Positions 11,901 through 23,583 of a stretch of 64,000 nucleotides of DNA are shown here, piece after piece (within the stretch, counting starts at the first letter, position 1; each line of letters opens with the position of its first letter). Where the stretch lies: NCBI RefSeq assembly GCF_036321535.1, contig NC_087444.1:73780001-73844000 (forward strand). The letters run 5' to 3'. The translations under genes and the position numbers were made by a program. The DNA comes from Camelus dromedarius. Lineage: Eukaryota. The notes beneath the pieces are model-generated. The model saw only the letters and a list, made by a program, of their open reading frames with translations. It was not told where the DNA came from and searched no databases.

Positions 11901-14900
11901 CTTCTGTACCAGCCCCTCACAGGTAACAAAGTAAGGAGGCCCATGGTGGGGGGAGACTGGGGTACAGTGGAGGACGAGGCCACATTTAGCAGACTGTCAC
12001 CCTCCCCATGGGTCCAGGTAGCTAACTTTTCAAGAGAAATCAGAAATCCAGTTGTTTATGAAACATTTGTATATTATTTTAAAATTTTAATTAATTGATT
12101 AATTTTTTGGTTAATGGAGGTAGTAGGGATTGAGCCCAGGACCTTGTGCGTGCTGAGCACGTGCTCCACCACTGAGCTATACCTTCCCACTGCCCCCCTT
12201 CTTTTTAAATGCTGACAGCTAATGAGAGAGGGAGGGAGAGAAAGAGAAATACACACACATGCAGTTTACAGGCTGCAGTGGACGTGTGCCTTACTGTATG
12301 GAGGTGCCAATTTAGATGGCAAACAGAAACTGGGGACAGGAGCCAGGGCTCGCTGGTTGAGCGAGGGACTATCCAGCTGCTGGGGGACATCTCACCTGGC
12401 TGTCACATGAGGTATTGAGGTTGGCATCCGAGGTTCCCCACGTGGCTGACCGCTGACCCACTCCTGGGGCCTCCCCTCTCCTCTGTCTGCATTTGCTTTT
12501 CTGAGCTCCAGCCTCAAGCTGGTGTGCTCCAAACCCATGTCTCCAGACCTCAGCCCTTGCCCTAGACCCATGGCCCCCACGTGGACATCTGGTGACTATC
12601 CCACACTGGACAGCTCCCTGCCACCACCTGCTCCTCCCCAGGCTTCCCCGGGGTGGCAAGGTGGTGGTTGGCAACACTGCCCTGTTGGCTGCTGGGGGGA
12701 GGGGTGGGGCAAATAAATCCAAACCAAACCAAACACCCATTCCTTTCTTTCTCAAGTCCACCCCCACATCGAGTCTATAAGGAAATCCTAACAAGTCTAC
12801 CTTTAAAATGGATGCAGGGGGAGGAGGGTGTAGCTCAGTGGTTGAGCAGGTGCCTTAAGATGCAGAGAAGTCCTGGGTTCAATCCCCAGTACTTACATTC
12901 GATAAATACATAGTAAAGTAATAAATCAACCTAATTACCCAATTATGGGAAGATTCAGAGGAAAGACGTTGAGGAAGAGGGAGATGCTCTTTGCTCCTAA
13001 TAACTATTCAGTAGGTGGCAAAACTGGAACTCTCTCTGACTGACTCTGGTCCCAACCCTTCCCTCCATATTGTCAACATCCCACACCAGTACCCTCACAC
13101 CACTCTGGAAGGTTCCTAAGAAGAGGGGGTTCTGTTCCTACAACAGCTAGTCTTTGAGGAATGCAGGGATTTGCACGCATTCATTTGCATTCATTGACAA
13201 AAAAAAAAAGGGAGTCCTTTGGGAATAAGATCAAAGCAAGTCACAAAAAAACATTTGGCTTTGCGACAAAGTGGGTCTGACAACCTGGGCCTGACTGTTG
13301 TGGCCCCAGCCCTCACCTTGGTCAGGGTGTATGTGCCCAGCAGGTTCAGCTCCAGCAGCTGCCGGAAGCCCTGGGCGGAGGTCTCCTCGGGCCACTGCGG
13401 AGGTGGATCTAAGGGTGAGGGTGGGAGAGAGCAGAGATGAGGATGAGGGAGCCTTGAAGACAAGAAAACAGGGAAGGGAAATAGGCATGGGGTTGGGGGT
13501 GGGCATAGGATGGTGGGTGACAAACAAGAGGGTCAGTGATCCTGAAAAGATCAGGAGGTTGTATGGTGGTCTCTCAAACAGGAGTCTCACAATTGGATTA
13601 AGACGATGTGGTTTGCTGAGGGAAGATAATAAATAGCTCAGGCATAGAGCGCATGCTTAGCATGCACGAGGCTCTAGGTTCAATCCCCAATACCTCCATC
13701 AAACAAATAAACAAACAAACCTAATTACCCCACCACCACCAAAAAATACAGAATGAGAGTAACACTTTGTTCTTGGGCTTAGAAATTTCACAAGTCAATA
13801 TTCGTGCCAGACGCTTTGCACTATAATGTTCTGGTTATCTAATAAACAGTAGGAGGTGGGAGGATGGCAGGACAGAAAAATCCACATTCAGAAGGAAAAA
13901 AGCTGGAAAGGTAGGAGTGAGAACAGGAGAAAAGACAGACTATGGAAAAAATGGACTCTGAACCTTCCAAAGGCTTTAGGAGTTAAGTGGATAAGGGGAC
14001 AGAGAGGTCGGAAACAAGATGATGGAAAGTTAAAGAAATATTGGGTTATTTCTCCCCTAGACACCCAGAGTTTGTGGCCTTGCTTCCTTCAGGGAACAAA
14101 ATAGACCAAACACCTTCATTGAATCCGCCTGGGATCCTCGTCCAAAACAGCCCCTGTCATTCTCTGAGCCCTCAGTCAGCTTAATTTTTCATCATAGCCT
14201 TTATCACTACTGGACATGCCAATGTATTCAATTGACTTTCGTCATTTAAGGCAGCCATAGTCTATAAAGTTGCAGTGGACACTGAATTGGTGAATACTGA
14301 CCCATTGCTCCTAGGGAAAATATGTGCATACAATATACATAATAATATATACATGTGGACTGAATGTTTTTGTCCCTCACCAAGACTCCTATGTTGAAAT
14401 CCTAACCTCTAATGTGATGGTGTTCCAAAGCAGGGGGTCTGTGGGAGCTGATTAGGGCACGAGGATGGAGCCCTCTTGAATGGGATTCGTGCCCTCATAA
14501 AAGAGACCCCAGAGAGGTCCCTTGCCCCTTCCACCACCATGTGAGGCCCCAGCAAGAAGCAGGCCTACAGCAGACACTGCATCTGCCTCCACCTTGATCT
14601 GAGACCTCCCAGCTTCCATTACTGTGAGAAATAAATGTCCTTGGTCTAAGCCACCACAGTCTTTGGTATTTCTGTTAAAGCAGCGTCAACAGATAAGACA
14701 GGACATATGTGTGTCAGTCCATATGTACATATGTTTATGTATATAGCTGTGTGGCAATCTAACATGGATTATAATCTTTAATCCTAAAAACAACCCATAC
14801 TGGTAAACTCTATTTTATTTATTTTGCAAAGGACGTTCAGGAGTTTGAAGTGACTTGCCTGAGGCAGTCCTACTCACGGCTGCCAGAGCTAGGATTCAAA

Positions 14901-17622
14901 CCCACCCAGCTGGACAGAGAGCAAGCTCCTTACCTGCCCTATCCGGTCTCCCTCCTCTGGGCATCTCTTTGTTTGAGAACTGAACCCAGAGGGCAGAACA
15001 TCACCGTGTTTGGACTTAGCTGGAAAAATTGCTGTGGGCATCTCACATGTTTGCCTCTCCGCGTATGTCCGAGAATACCAGGAAAGCACAGTGAGGACTG
15101 ATTCGGAGGTTACAAGACACCCCCTCCCCCACGCCCCACACAGCAGGTGAATTTGCAAATATGGAATCTGCAAATAATGAGGATTAGCCCTATCTGTCTT
15201 GGGGGTAAAGAGGGTGGGAAAGGATAAATTGGGAATTCAAAAATTGTACCTCTTGGGGTGTGATGGAAATGTTAGCTCTCTTAATTGTGGTAGTGGTTTC
15301 ACTGATGTGTACATCTATCAAAATCCATCAAATTGTACATTTGAAATAAGTGTAGTTTACTGTACAACAACCATATGACAATAAATGTGTTTTAAAAAGG
15401 CACTGCTACAAACTATTTGAATACTTGAGTATTTATACATAAATTATTTAAATAATTGAATAATCATAAATAAATCTAGATATTCAATCCAAAAAAAAAT
15501 AAAAATTAAAAAATTAAAATCAAGATTAAAAAAAGCATTCATCTTTTCTTGTCTATTTCCCTACTCTAGAATGTGAATCCTATGTGGACAGGAATATTTG
15601 GTCTATTTTGTTCACTGTTAAATCCGCAGTCCTTAGGACAGAATATGGGGCATAGTACATGCTCAATAAATATCTTTTGAATGGCTAAAGGACACAGAGA
15701 GAAAGGCTGAGCTAGTATCTGTCACCTCTTTAAATTCTTACAAGAGAAGGAAAGTGCAGCTCAGAGAGGGTAAGTCAATTGCTCGAAGTTGCACAGCCAG
15801 TAAGAGAGGCTTCTTTCTACCATGGCCTTGCTGCGTGACCTTAGTCCAATCAGTTCACCTCTCTGAGCCTCGGTTTACCAAAGTGAGGCATTCTTATGAA
15901 GGGCAGTCATCACGCTGATGGCAAGTTCCCTTCAAAGCCTCTACACCAAGCCCAATAAACCATGAGCTGAGAGTATGTCTTCTCAGGGAAAAAAATGAGA
16001 AGGGCCATCAGCCTCACTTTGTAGATAAGACACTGAGGCTACAGGGATTGAACAGAGCCAGAAATGGGGTGGGAAGCCACGAGGTCGGTCGACACCAGTG
16101 GAGAACGGCCCTTGGGCCTCACAACTTACGGTAGCCGGCGTTGTTGACTACACAATCCAGGTGGCCAAAACGGCGGACAGTCTCAGAAATGAGCGTCTGA
16201 GGAGAAAGACTGTGAGTGAGCGGTGTTTGCAACCGGCCTCCCAAAAATAAAGCAAGGATGGGAGGCTAGATTCACAGCTGAGGGGACAGGAACCAGATGT
16301 GGGGGACCCCTCCCAGAATCACCAGGCATGGCAGGAGAAGAGGAGACTGGAAGTCAGGGGTGCCAGGGACCAAAGATCTGGTGACATTCACATGGCAGTC
16401 ATTACTCCAGAAACCCAGGGACCGGGTGAGAGTGAAGGGCAGATGTCAGAGATTCCACTAAAGGGAAGGGATAGAAACACTAAAGAAAGAGAAAATCTCT
16501 CAGAGGAGAACTTCAGTGAAGAATTTATTGGTTCCACTCCATGCGACAAGTGTGACAAGCCTTGAAGGAGTGGGAGATAAAGGAGACTCTTCCCAGGAGA
16601 CACAGAACCTGGCCAGCAGAGTTGGGGAAATTCTTGGGGAATTAGGGAAATGATATTGAGCTGAAACCTTTGGGATCAGTACAATGTAGCCAGGAGAAGA
16701 GGACAAGGTAGAGGGAACAGCATGTGCAAAAGCCTGGAAGAGCACAAAGCTAAAGAGAGAGAGAGAAATTGAAGATGGGGTAGGGGGACGGTAGGGACAG
16801 AAAATACGCTCACCTTCACATCTTCCTCCTGAGTCACATCACAGAGGAGAAAGACAGTTCCAGGAAGCTCTTGCTCCAGAGCCTGACCCCTGGACTCTGC
16901 AGAAAGAGAAGGGCTGGGGTCTGAGGTAGGAGGGGCCTGGCGGCCTGGATTCCTTCTGGATCTAAAGGAGGAGGGGTTGGGGTAAGGAATGAGGGACCCT
17001 CACTCACCATCTTTGTCACAGATAACCACTTGGGCGCCGCTTTCCGCTGAGAATAGGAAGGGAACAGTTTATATACCAAAGCAGAATTTGGCAAAGGCTT
17101 CTGCTGTCCTCTTGTGGCCACCTGGAGTGGGGACTGTCTCCCCCTTGCTCTCCTAGTGACCCCAAAGTCTCATGATGATCCCCCTAGGACAAAGGCAGAA
17201 GCCTGGACACCTATTCTCCTTGGCTACTCCAGGTGCCTGCTGGGGTTCCCGAGCCCCCCAACCCTGGTTTCAGAGTAAACCCTAAACCTGCAAGACCCGC
17301 TTTGTAGCTATAATTGAGACCCAGAGAAAGAGATGCAATGGAGATTGGAAATGCGCCAAAATCTCAGGCCCCAGGCTACCACTCCCTAAGTCTTCGTTAA
17401 CTTTGCAAATTAGATTTCGTAAGGTAAGAATCTACATTCCAGTACAGAAAATACTCCTTCCCACACCCACTAACCCCCCAGGGGTCCCTCTTCTCCCAGA
17501 CTTCAATATTTAGAGCCAGCCAGACCCCACTCACCGAAGGCTCTAACTATCCCTGCTCCGATGCCGCGCCCGCCCCCTGTCACGACGACCACCTTCCCGG
17601 CATAGCGCGTTCCCGATGCCAT
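5910..17622 (-). CDS. HSD17B14: 17-beta-hydroxysteroid dehydrogenase 14 (SDR family), complete, 270 aa, 9 exons
   Basis: Exons 17535-17622, 17008-17046, 16814-16896, 16130-16196, 13317-13408, 6682-6786, 6382-6449, 6171-6267, 5910-6083; total 813 nt. Motifs TGGGRGIG (NAD binding), NNAG, YVATK (catalytic YxxxK). All GT-AG. Confidence 0.98.
10752..10950 (+). repeat. Low-complexity (GAT/GGT)n trinucleotide tract
   Basis: GATGATGGT-type triplets over about 200 bp in HSD17B14 intron 5. Confidence 0.85.
12088..12190 (-). mobile_element. tRNA-derived SINE, camelid Vic-1-like
   Basis: Reverse complement of GGGAAGGTATAGCTCAGTGGTGGAGC...CCTGGGCTCAATCCC with A box, B box and A-rich tail. Confidence 0.8.
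12818..12940 (+). mobile_element. tRNA-derived SINE, Vic-1-like
   Basis: TAGCTCAGTGG A box, GGTTCAATCCC B box, AACCTAATTACC tail. Confidence 0.8.
13632..13750 (+). mobile_element. tRNA-derived SINE, Vic-1-like
   Basis: ATAGCTCAG...GCATGCTTAGCATGC...GGTTCAATCCCC...AACCTAATTACC. Confidence 0.8.
14354..14700 (+). mobile_element. MaLR solo LTR (MLT1A/MST-like)
   Basis: TG...CA ends, TGTTGAAATCCTAACC, AATAAA, CTAAGCCAC...GGTATTTCTGTTA...GACA. Confidence 0.75.
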
Positions 17623-17769
17623 TCCGCAGCAGACCGTCTCTCCCTCTGTCACTCACTCCGGGCTTCTATCCACCTCCGAAGTCAGGTGAGGTAGTGTGAT
17701 TGAACCGTAAATAGGGGCTGGACCCTGGAAGCCCGACCCTGAAGGGGCGTTGCCAGGAAAGCTAGCAGC

Positions 17770-18050
17770 TTGGAAGCTTGGCCAGGGCCCCTTCCTCTTT
17801 CAGACCCGGGAATCCAGGCCCCCAAATCCCTCCCCTCTCAAACTCTGGATTCCTGGCGTCTGGCCCCCTCTACCCTTGGACTCAAATGTCCAGGTCCCTA
17901 ATCCTCCCTTCCCTCAGACCCAGGAATCCGGGTCCCCAGCCCCCTCCTTCCTCAGACCCAGTAATCCAGATCCCGAGCTCCCTCCTTCCTCAGACTTACA
18001 AGCCTGGGGCCCCTGTCCCCTCTTCCTTGGGGACCCAGAACTCCACGACT
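17770..18050 (+). repeat. MSR1-like ~36-38 bp minisatellite array (CCCAGCCCCTCCTCCCTCAGACCCAGGAGTCCAGG consensus), about 7 degenerate units
   Basis: Repeated CCTCAGACCCAG...TCCAGG units; related clusters at about 630-690, 1225-1335, 18620-18830, 39450-39800(-), 48200-48400(-), 49500-49620, 50060-50200, 51420-51770(-). Confidence 0.7.
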
Positions 18051-18124
18051 CCAGCTCAACCTCTCAGAGACATCAGTGTCACAATCCCAAACAGACACAA
18101 AGTTATTGACTAAAGTTTCTAAGT

Positions 18125-18130
18125 TTTAAT
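18125..18130 (-). terminator. PLEKHA4 polyadenylation signal (ATTAAA variant)
   Basis: ATTAAA hexamer about 170 nt past the stop codon and before the HSD17B14 5' end. Confidence 0.55.
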
Positions 18131-18300
18131 TCAAATTTGGACAAGTGTTGGGAAAACCAAACTTTGGCCTCAGAAAACTACTCCCCTTCTAGGTCATGGG
18201 ACCAGATCACGCCCGGAGGTGCGGGGAGGCGGTCCAGATCTCGGGGCGGTACCGTCAGGCCACGCCCTCACGCTCTGATTGGCTGTCGCGTTTGGGTGGG

Positions 18301-21300
18301 TCAGAAGCTGGACTGCAGCAGAGTGACTCGCAGAGGCCACGCCCCCTCGTCTTGGATTAGGGCGGGAGGGGCGGCCCCGGAATCCCAGTTGGCCTCCCAG
18401 GAGGTGGGGCCTGCATCGCGCCCACCACCACCTCCCCGGGAGAACCTCGTGGAGCGGAAATCGGTCACTGGAGGAGATCTTGGGGGCGAGGACACCTGGA
18501 GCGTGGGGTCTGACGGAGGCGGCGGCGCAGGGGGAAGAGGGTCACCTCGAGAGTCCACATTTCCACCTGGAAAGGACGAATGGGGAATGATAATGGCAAA
18601 CTTTGGTACCCAGATGGCCGGACCCCCAGACCTTTCCTCTCAGACTTAGGAGTCCGGGCTCCCAGTCCTCTCCTCCCCTAGACCCAGCAGTCCTGGACCC
18701 CGGTCTCCTCCTACTGGAATGTAGAACTCCCAAGTCCTGTCCAACTTTCTTCATCAAGACAAAGGAATCCCAGCAGTCTTCAGATCCCTCCCCACGAGAA
18801 CCTAGGATCCCAGGCCTCCGACTCCCTGTTTCCTAGAAACCAAGAGCCCAACCTTCCAGCCCATTCTCACTTGTCATCATTCTGTGCCACTGTGACGCCT
18901 CAGTGGCCAGGGCTTGAGAGAGACTGAGAACTCGCTCGCGGTGACCTTCGGATGTCGGCAAATAAGGGATGGTGTTCCTCGGGCTAGAAAAAAGAAGATT
19001 TGAGGGGCTTGTATAATTAGCCTGTACAGTAAGGACCACAGTGCCGCGCGTGTCCTTCTGGGAGCTGTAGTCCCTAACACGTGGCTATAAAGGATTTTAA
19101 ATATTGCAAGACCCTCTTTTTAAAAGCCCGCGTGCATTATGGGATTTGTAGTCCAGTTGCCAGAAAACTACCCCCTATTTCCTAAAATAGGGGTAAAGTT
19201 TGACATTCACCTAGGAACTGCAGTTCTCTCAGCGAACTACGGCTTTCTGATTCCCCAGGAACTCAAGCGTCTCTAAAAGGTTCTGTGATCTATTCTTTAG
19301 TACTGGGGAGTACTCAGGAGACAATAGTAATGCTAGTCTTCTTCCCTTTGTTGATTTCCCTGCTCTTTGCCCCGCTCTCCAGTTCCTTACCTGCTCCAGG
19401 ACCCGGAGCTTCTGAGCCATTTCTGGGCGACTGAGTGTCCCAGGACAGGCTACAAAGGAATTGGGGCATTAGAATTCCTCGCGGAAGTCCTCATGTTCTC
19501 ATTTTGAGGGTGAAGTGAAGGGGGCTCAGAGAGGGGATAGAATTGCCCCAAACACACTGCCAATTTTTAACTTTACCTGAGTTCCTGGAAAACAGGGAGA
19601 GTTAGGAAAATCAGCCCCCTGCCCCAAACACACACACACACATTCTTGTGTTCTGGGAAGCATGCTTACTGCAAAGAACCCTTCTTCTCCGTATGACTTA
19701 AGATAAGATTGATGAAATTTCTATTTTAAGACAGGACAAGAAAAATTAAACATAGAATTCCCTCTGTGTGTTTGTTTGGGCCTCCTCCCTCCTTCCATAA
19801 TAAGCAGTGTGCATCTGTGTTACACATCAACCAGAGCTCCTCAGAGATGAGAGTGATTGGTTCATAGTAAAGAGCAATCCCCCCTCCCTCCCCATCTTCC
19901 GGTGCTTAGCAATGTAACTTCTTAAATGAATAACATCCGTTCCCATCTCCATAGGGGATCACAGAGACTTGCAGCTGGCTTTGTGCATGCTTACTTGGAC
20001 TATGCATCCCTGGTGAGTTTTACGTAAAATATGAATACATCATATTGATGTACTATCCTTTGTCTCGAAAATGTATATGAGCGTGCCTTTGACTTCTAAC
20101 AGGCAGAACAGTTCTCAGAGCTTTCTGAGTCAGTCACCTGGTTTACAATCCTCCATTTGAAAATTCTTTTTTCTTCCTGATTTTAATTGAATTTTCATTG
20201 ACAAGACTTACAGATGACACCCCACCGTTGTTTACCTATGACAAGGGAGAATCAGATCTTCCGAATTCACATCCCTTTGCCATAAATGATTAGCTGAACT
20301 CCTTGTCCTGTCAAAACTAGCTAGACATAGAGATAAACATTTGGTGTTCCCCTGACTGAGATGCCTCCTGCTTACAAAAACAATCCCAACTGTAAAATCA
20401 CCCCACCTATGACTGATCTAATTCCTCCCTAGAAAAGTCCAAGGTGAAACCATCCTGCTCAGACATTCTGACCTTTGGATCTGGTGTGTGTTCCTTATTG
20501 CAACAGTGTGAATAAAATTGATTTCTTTACTTGCTCAATTTTTTTTTTCTTTTTTTGCCTTTGACAACAGATAGTAACTGAAAAAGAAAACTGGGCTTCC
20601 AACCCAGACCCATGACCCTCCCCCCTAGGAGGGAGAATGCTGGTGAGATGGCGATGTAGTCTCTGGCCCACCCCACCCCATCCCACCCTGTCCTCCCCCC
20701 ATTAAGGGAGCCAGGATGCTGACTTCAGCACAGGTACAGGGCAGGTAAATCTGGAAATCTATTCTGGGTAAGGAGGTAGGAAACAGCTCCACTTTACAGA
20801 GAGACAAACTGAGGCTCCAAGGGGGAACAGAGGACCCACTGCCACCTCACTGCCTCCCCACTGTGCCCCTCACTTTTGGTTCTGCATCAGGCTGGCGTCG
20901 GGCTGGGGATAGTGTCCTCCCCAGGGTGAGGAGCCGGGGGGAGGCCGGGCGGGGGAGAGGCCGTCCACATTCCTGGTTTCTGCGGATTCTCTCCAGCTGC
21001 TCCTGAGCGCTCATCCGGGGCCGGGCCAGGGGGACCTGGGGAGATGAGAAACATCTGGAGACTCCAACCTTGGCCTCCGTTTTCTCTCTTCCCCAAACCT
21101 TTCAGTCTCCTGTCTTGCCCTTTCCAGTAAGTTCACCGCTGAATCTTGCTACACTTGTCCCTCTGCCATGAAAACAGGGACTGGCAGGAGGGGATAGCTC
21201 AGGTGGTAGGGTACTGGGTTCAATCCCCTGTACCTCCTCTAAAAATAAATAAACCTAATTACCTCCACCCTAAAAAATAGTTTTAAAAAAAGGACTGGGC

Positions 21301-23539
21301 TGAGGACCTTGCCTTGTAGAGTCTGGCACTCAAGAAGGGTCTGAGATGTTCCTTGACCTGAACTGAACAACCTTTCAGTTGATGGATGGCATTCTGGAGG
21401 CCAGTGCTCTGTGCTCCCCAGAGACCATGTGCAGTTGTACCAGTTGCACACTGCCCAAGGACGGTGCCCTCCATTTGAGACAGGAAGGGGGCAGGGCACA
21501 GCCATTCAAGGAATGATACAGCAATTAACAGTGGAAGATTCAACCCCCAGTAGGCTCTGAGGCTCAAGATGGCAGGAGATTTGACTTCTAGTAGAACTTC
21601 AGCTTCATTATATGCTCATTGTAAAATATTAACATGGTGAATAACATGCCCACAGGCGCCATGACAGTCCCAAGGCTAGCCACAAAAGGTCAAAGAGTGG
21701 GAAATGGCCAAGTTCCTGGGAATCCCAGCCCCTTCCCCAGGCTAGTTAGATTGGTCCTTCCACTTATTAGCAATATGAAGCCACCAAGCCCATAGAAACT
21801 GGCAACAGGGTGCCTCGCAGCCGCTGCCCTCTCTCCCTCTTCGGAGATGGCCCACACTCTGTCTAAGGAGGGTGTACCTACTTTTAATCTGAGCACCCAA
21901 CCCCCACACCTTGTGGCCTTTCTCTTGCCTTTTAATGTATCTCTCTGAATAAATCTACCTTAACTCAACTGGGACTCGCTCTTGAATTCTTTCCTGTGCG
22001 AAGCCAAGGACCCACACTTGGCAGGGCATGTCCCAGGGGCTCAACCAAAGCCTGGGACACAGCCCTCCTCACGCCACACATCTGTTTTTCCTGCATCACA
22101 TTGACCAAGCCAGCCCCTGCAGAAGGGGCATCTGTCTCTAATTCACAAAAAAGGCAGCCTGTAGGCTAGCAGAGGCTTCCTAAATCCCCACCTCAGTCTG
22201 GACATTGGCACCAGCTCTTTCCCTGCTTCCCCACTAATAAATTCTAACTCACTCTTCAAGGTCTCTCTGCCTCCAGGAAACCATCCCCAACATGCCCAGG
22301 CTGCCCAGGAGCTGCTCTGTAATGGCGCCAATGCTTTGTGCTTTCCCCATATTAGCACATGCCTCCCTCTCTTCTGGCAGTGTTTATGTCTGAAGCTCTT
22401 CAGTGCCTGAGATCTGGTCTGATTCAGCTCAGGAACCACAGTGCCCAGACAAAACCCAATCCACAAGAGGCCAGGGGCCACCCCAGCGCCAATGGGAACA
22501 ATGCCAAATAGGCAGCTTGAAGTTAATTAACATATTCAAACCTGAACTCCCCACCTTCCATCCACCCAAATCCCTCCCCATCTCCTGCCTGCTAACTCCC
22601 TCCTTCCGGATGCTCAGTAACTCCCTCCTTCCAGATGCTCAGGCCAAGAACCTTCTAGTCATTCTTGAGTCCTCACACCCCACCTCTCATTGGCCAGGAA
22701 ATCTTGTTGGCGCCACCTTCAGAATCAGTTCCCCAAATCTCTTATTTGCCACTCCAAAAATAAACAGCAATCTTACAGCCGATGTTTGTTTTTCTAAGTC
22801 GGTGCTGTTATCCACCTGGTGGTCGTGATGGATGGCATCCCCCAAGTCTCCGCACACCCTCCATCATCCGAGCCTCTGATGTCAATTGCTATTTTCTTGC
22901 TTTTTGTTTTGATTTTCTAGTTTGATTGCTCTCTGAAGATGTCATAAAATGCCAAAAATAGCCACAAGGAGAGTGAAATGAAATGAACAGAAACATCTTG
23001 TCACTTCCAAGAGCTCAGAAAGTAAAATCACATCAGGAAGAGGATCGAGGAGCGTCTGCTGGGACATCTCACTGAATAAGACCCTCGAGATGTGATGCGA
23101 TGTAAACAGAAAGAGTGGTTGTGAAAGTTGTACTCTGACAGTGATACCAGGAACTGATGACAGGAAACTCTGCCCTGAGCAAAACATGAAGATCTGAAGG
23201 TAACCGGATGGTCTTGCAGGCTTTTGGTCATGAAACAAGCTAGAATATTCCATGAAGACTGGAAAATTGATCATGAACCTATGACTGGCAACATATGACT
23301 TAAAATACCTGAAGATCTGGGGTGGCAAAGCAGCAGCCGGTCATCAATTATACTGATGGGTTTGCTAAGATATCAGAAGGAAACTCAGTGCTGCAAAAAA
23401 ATGTATACAGTGGATAAAATGGCTTCTGAGTGATGTTGTCTGCCTACTAAAATGTTACCACAGCAATGAGAGAGGATAATGACAGGCTTGAAGGATGCCA
23501 GGCTTGGGGGGGTCTGTTCTTGGGCACACTGGAACCACA

Positions 23540-23583
<44 letters not shown>

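Noticed and set aside
12818-12895. tRNA-like sequences (also 13632, 59505, 63627 and others)
   Set aside because: These are SINE heads with A/B boxes, A-rich linker and shared tail; they are divergent and lack a closed acceptor stem.
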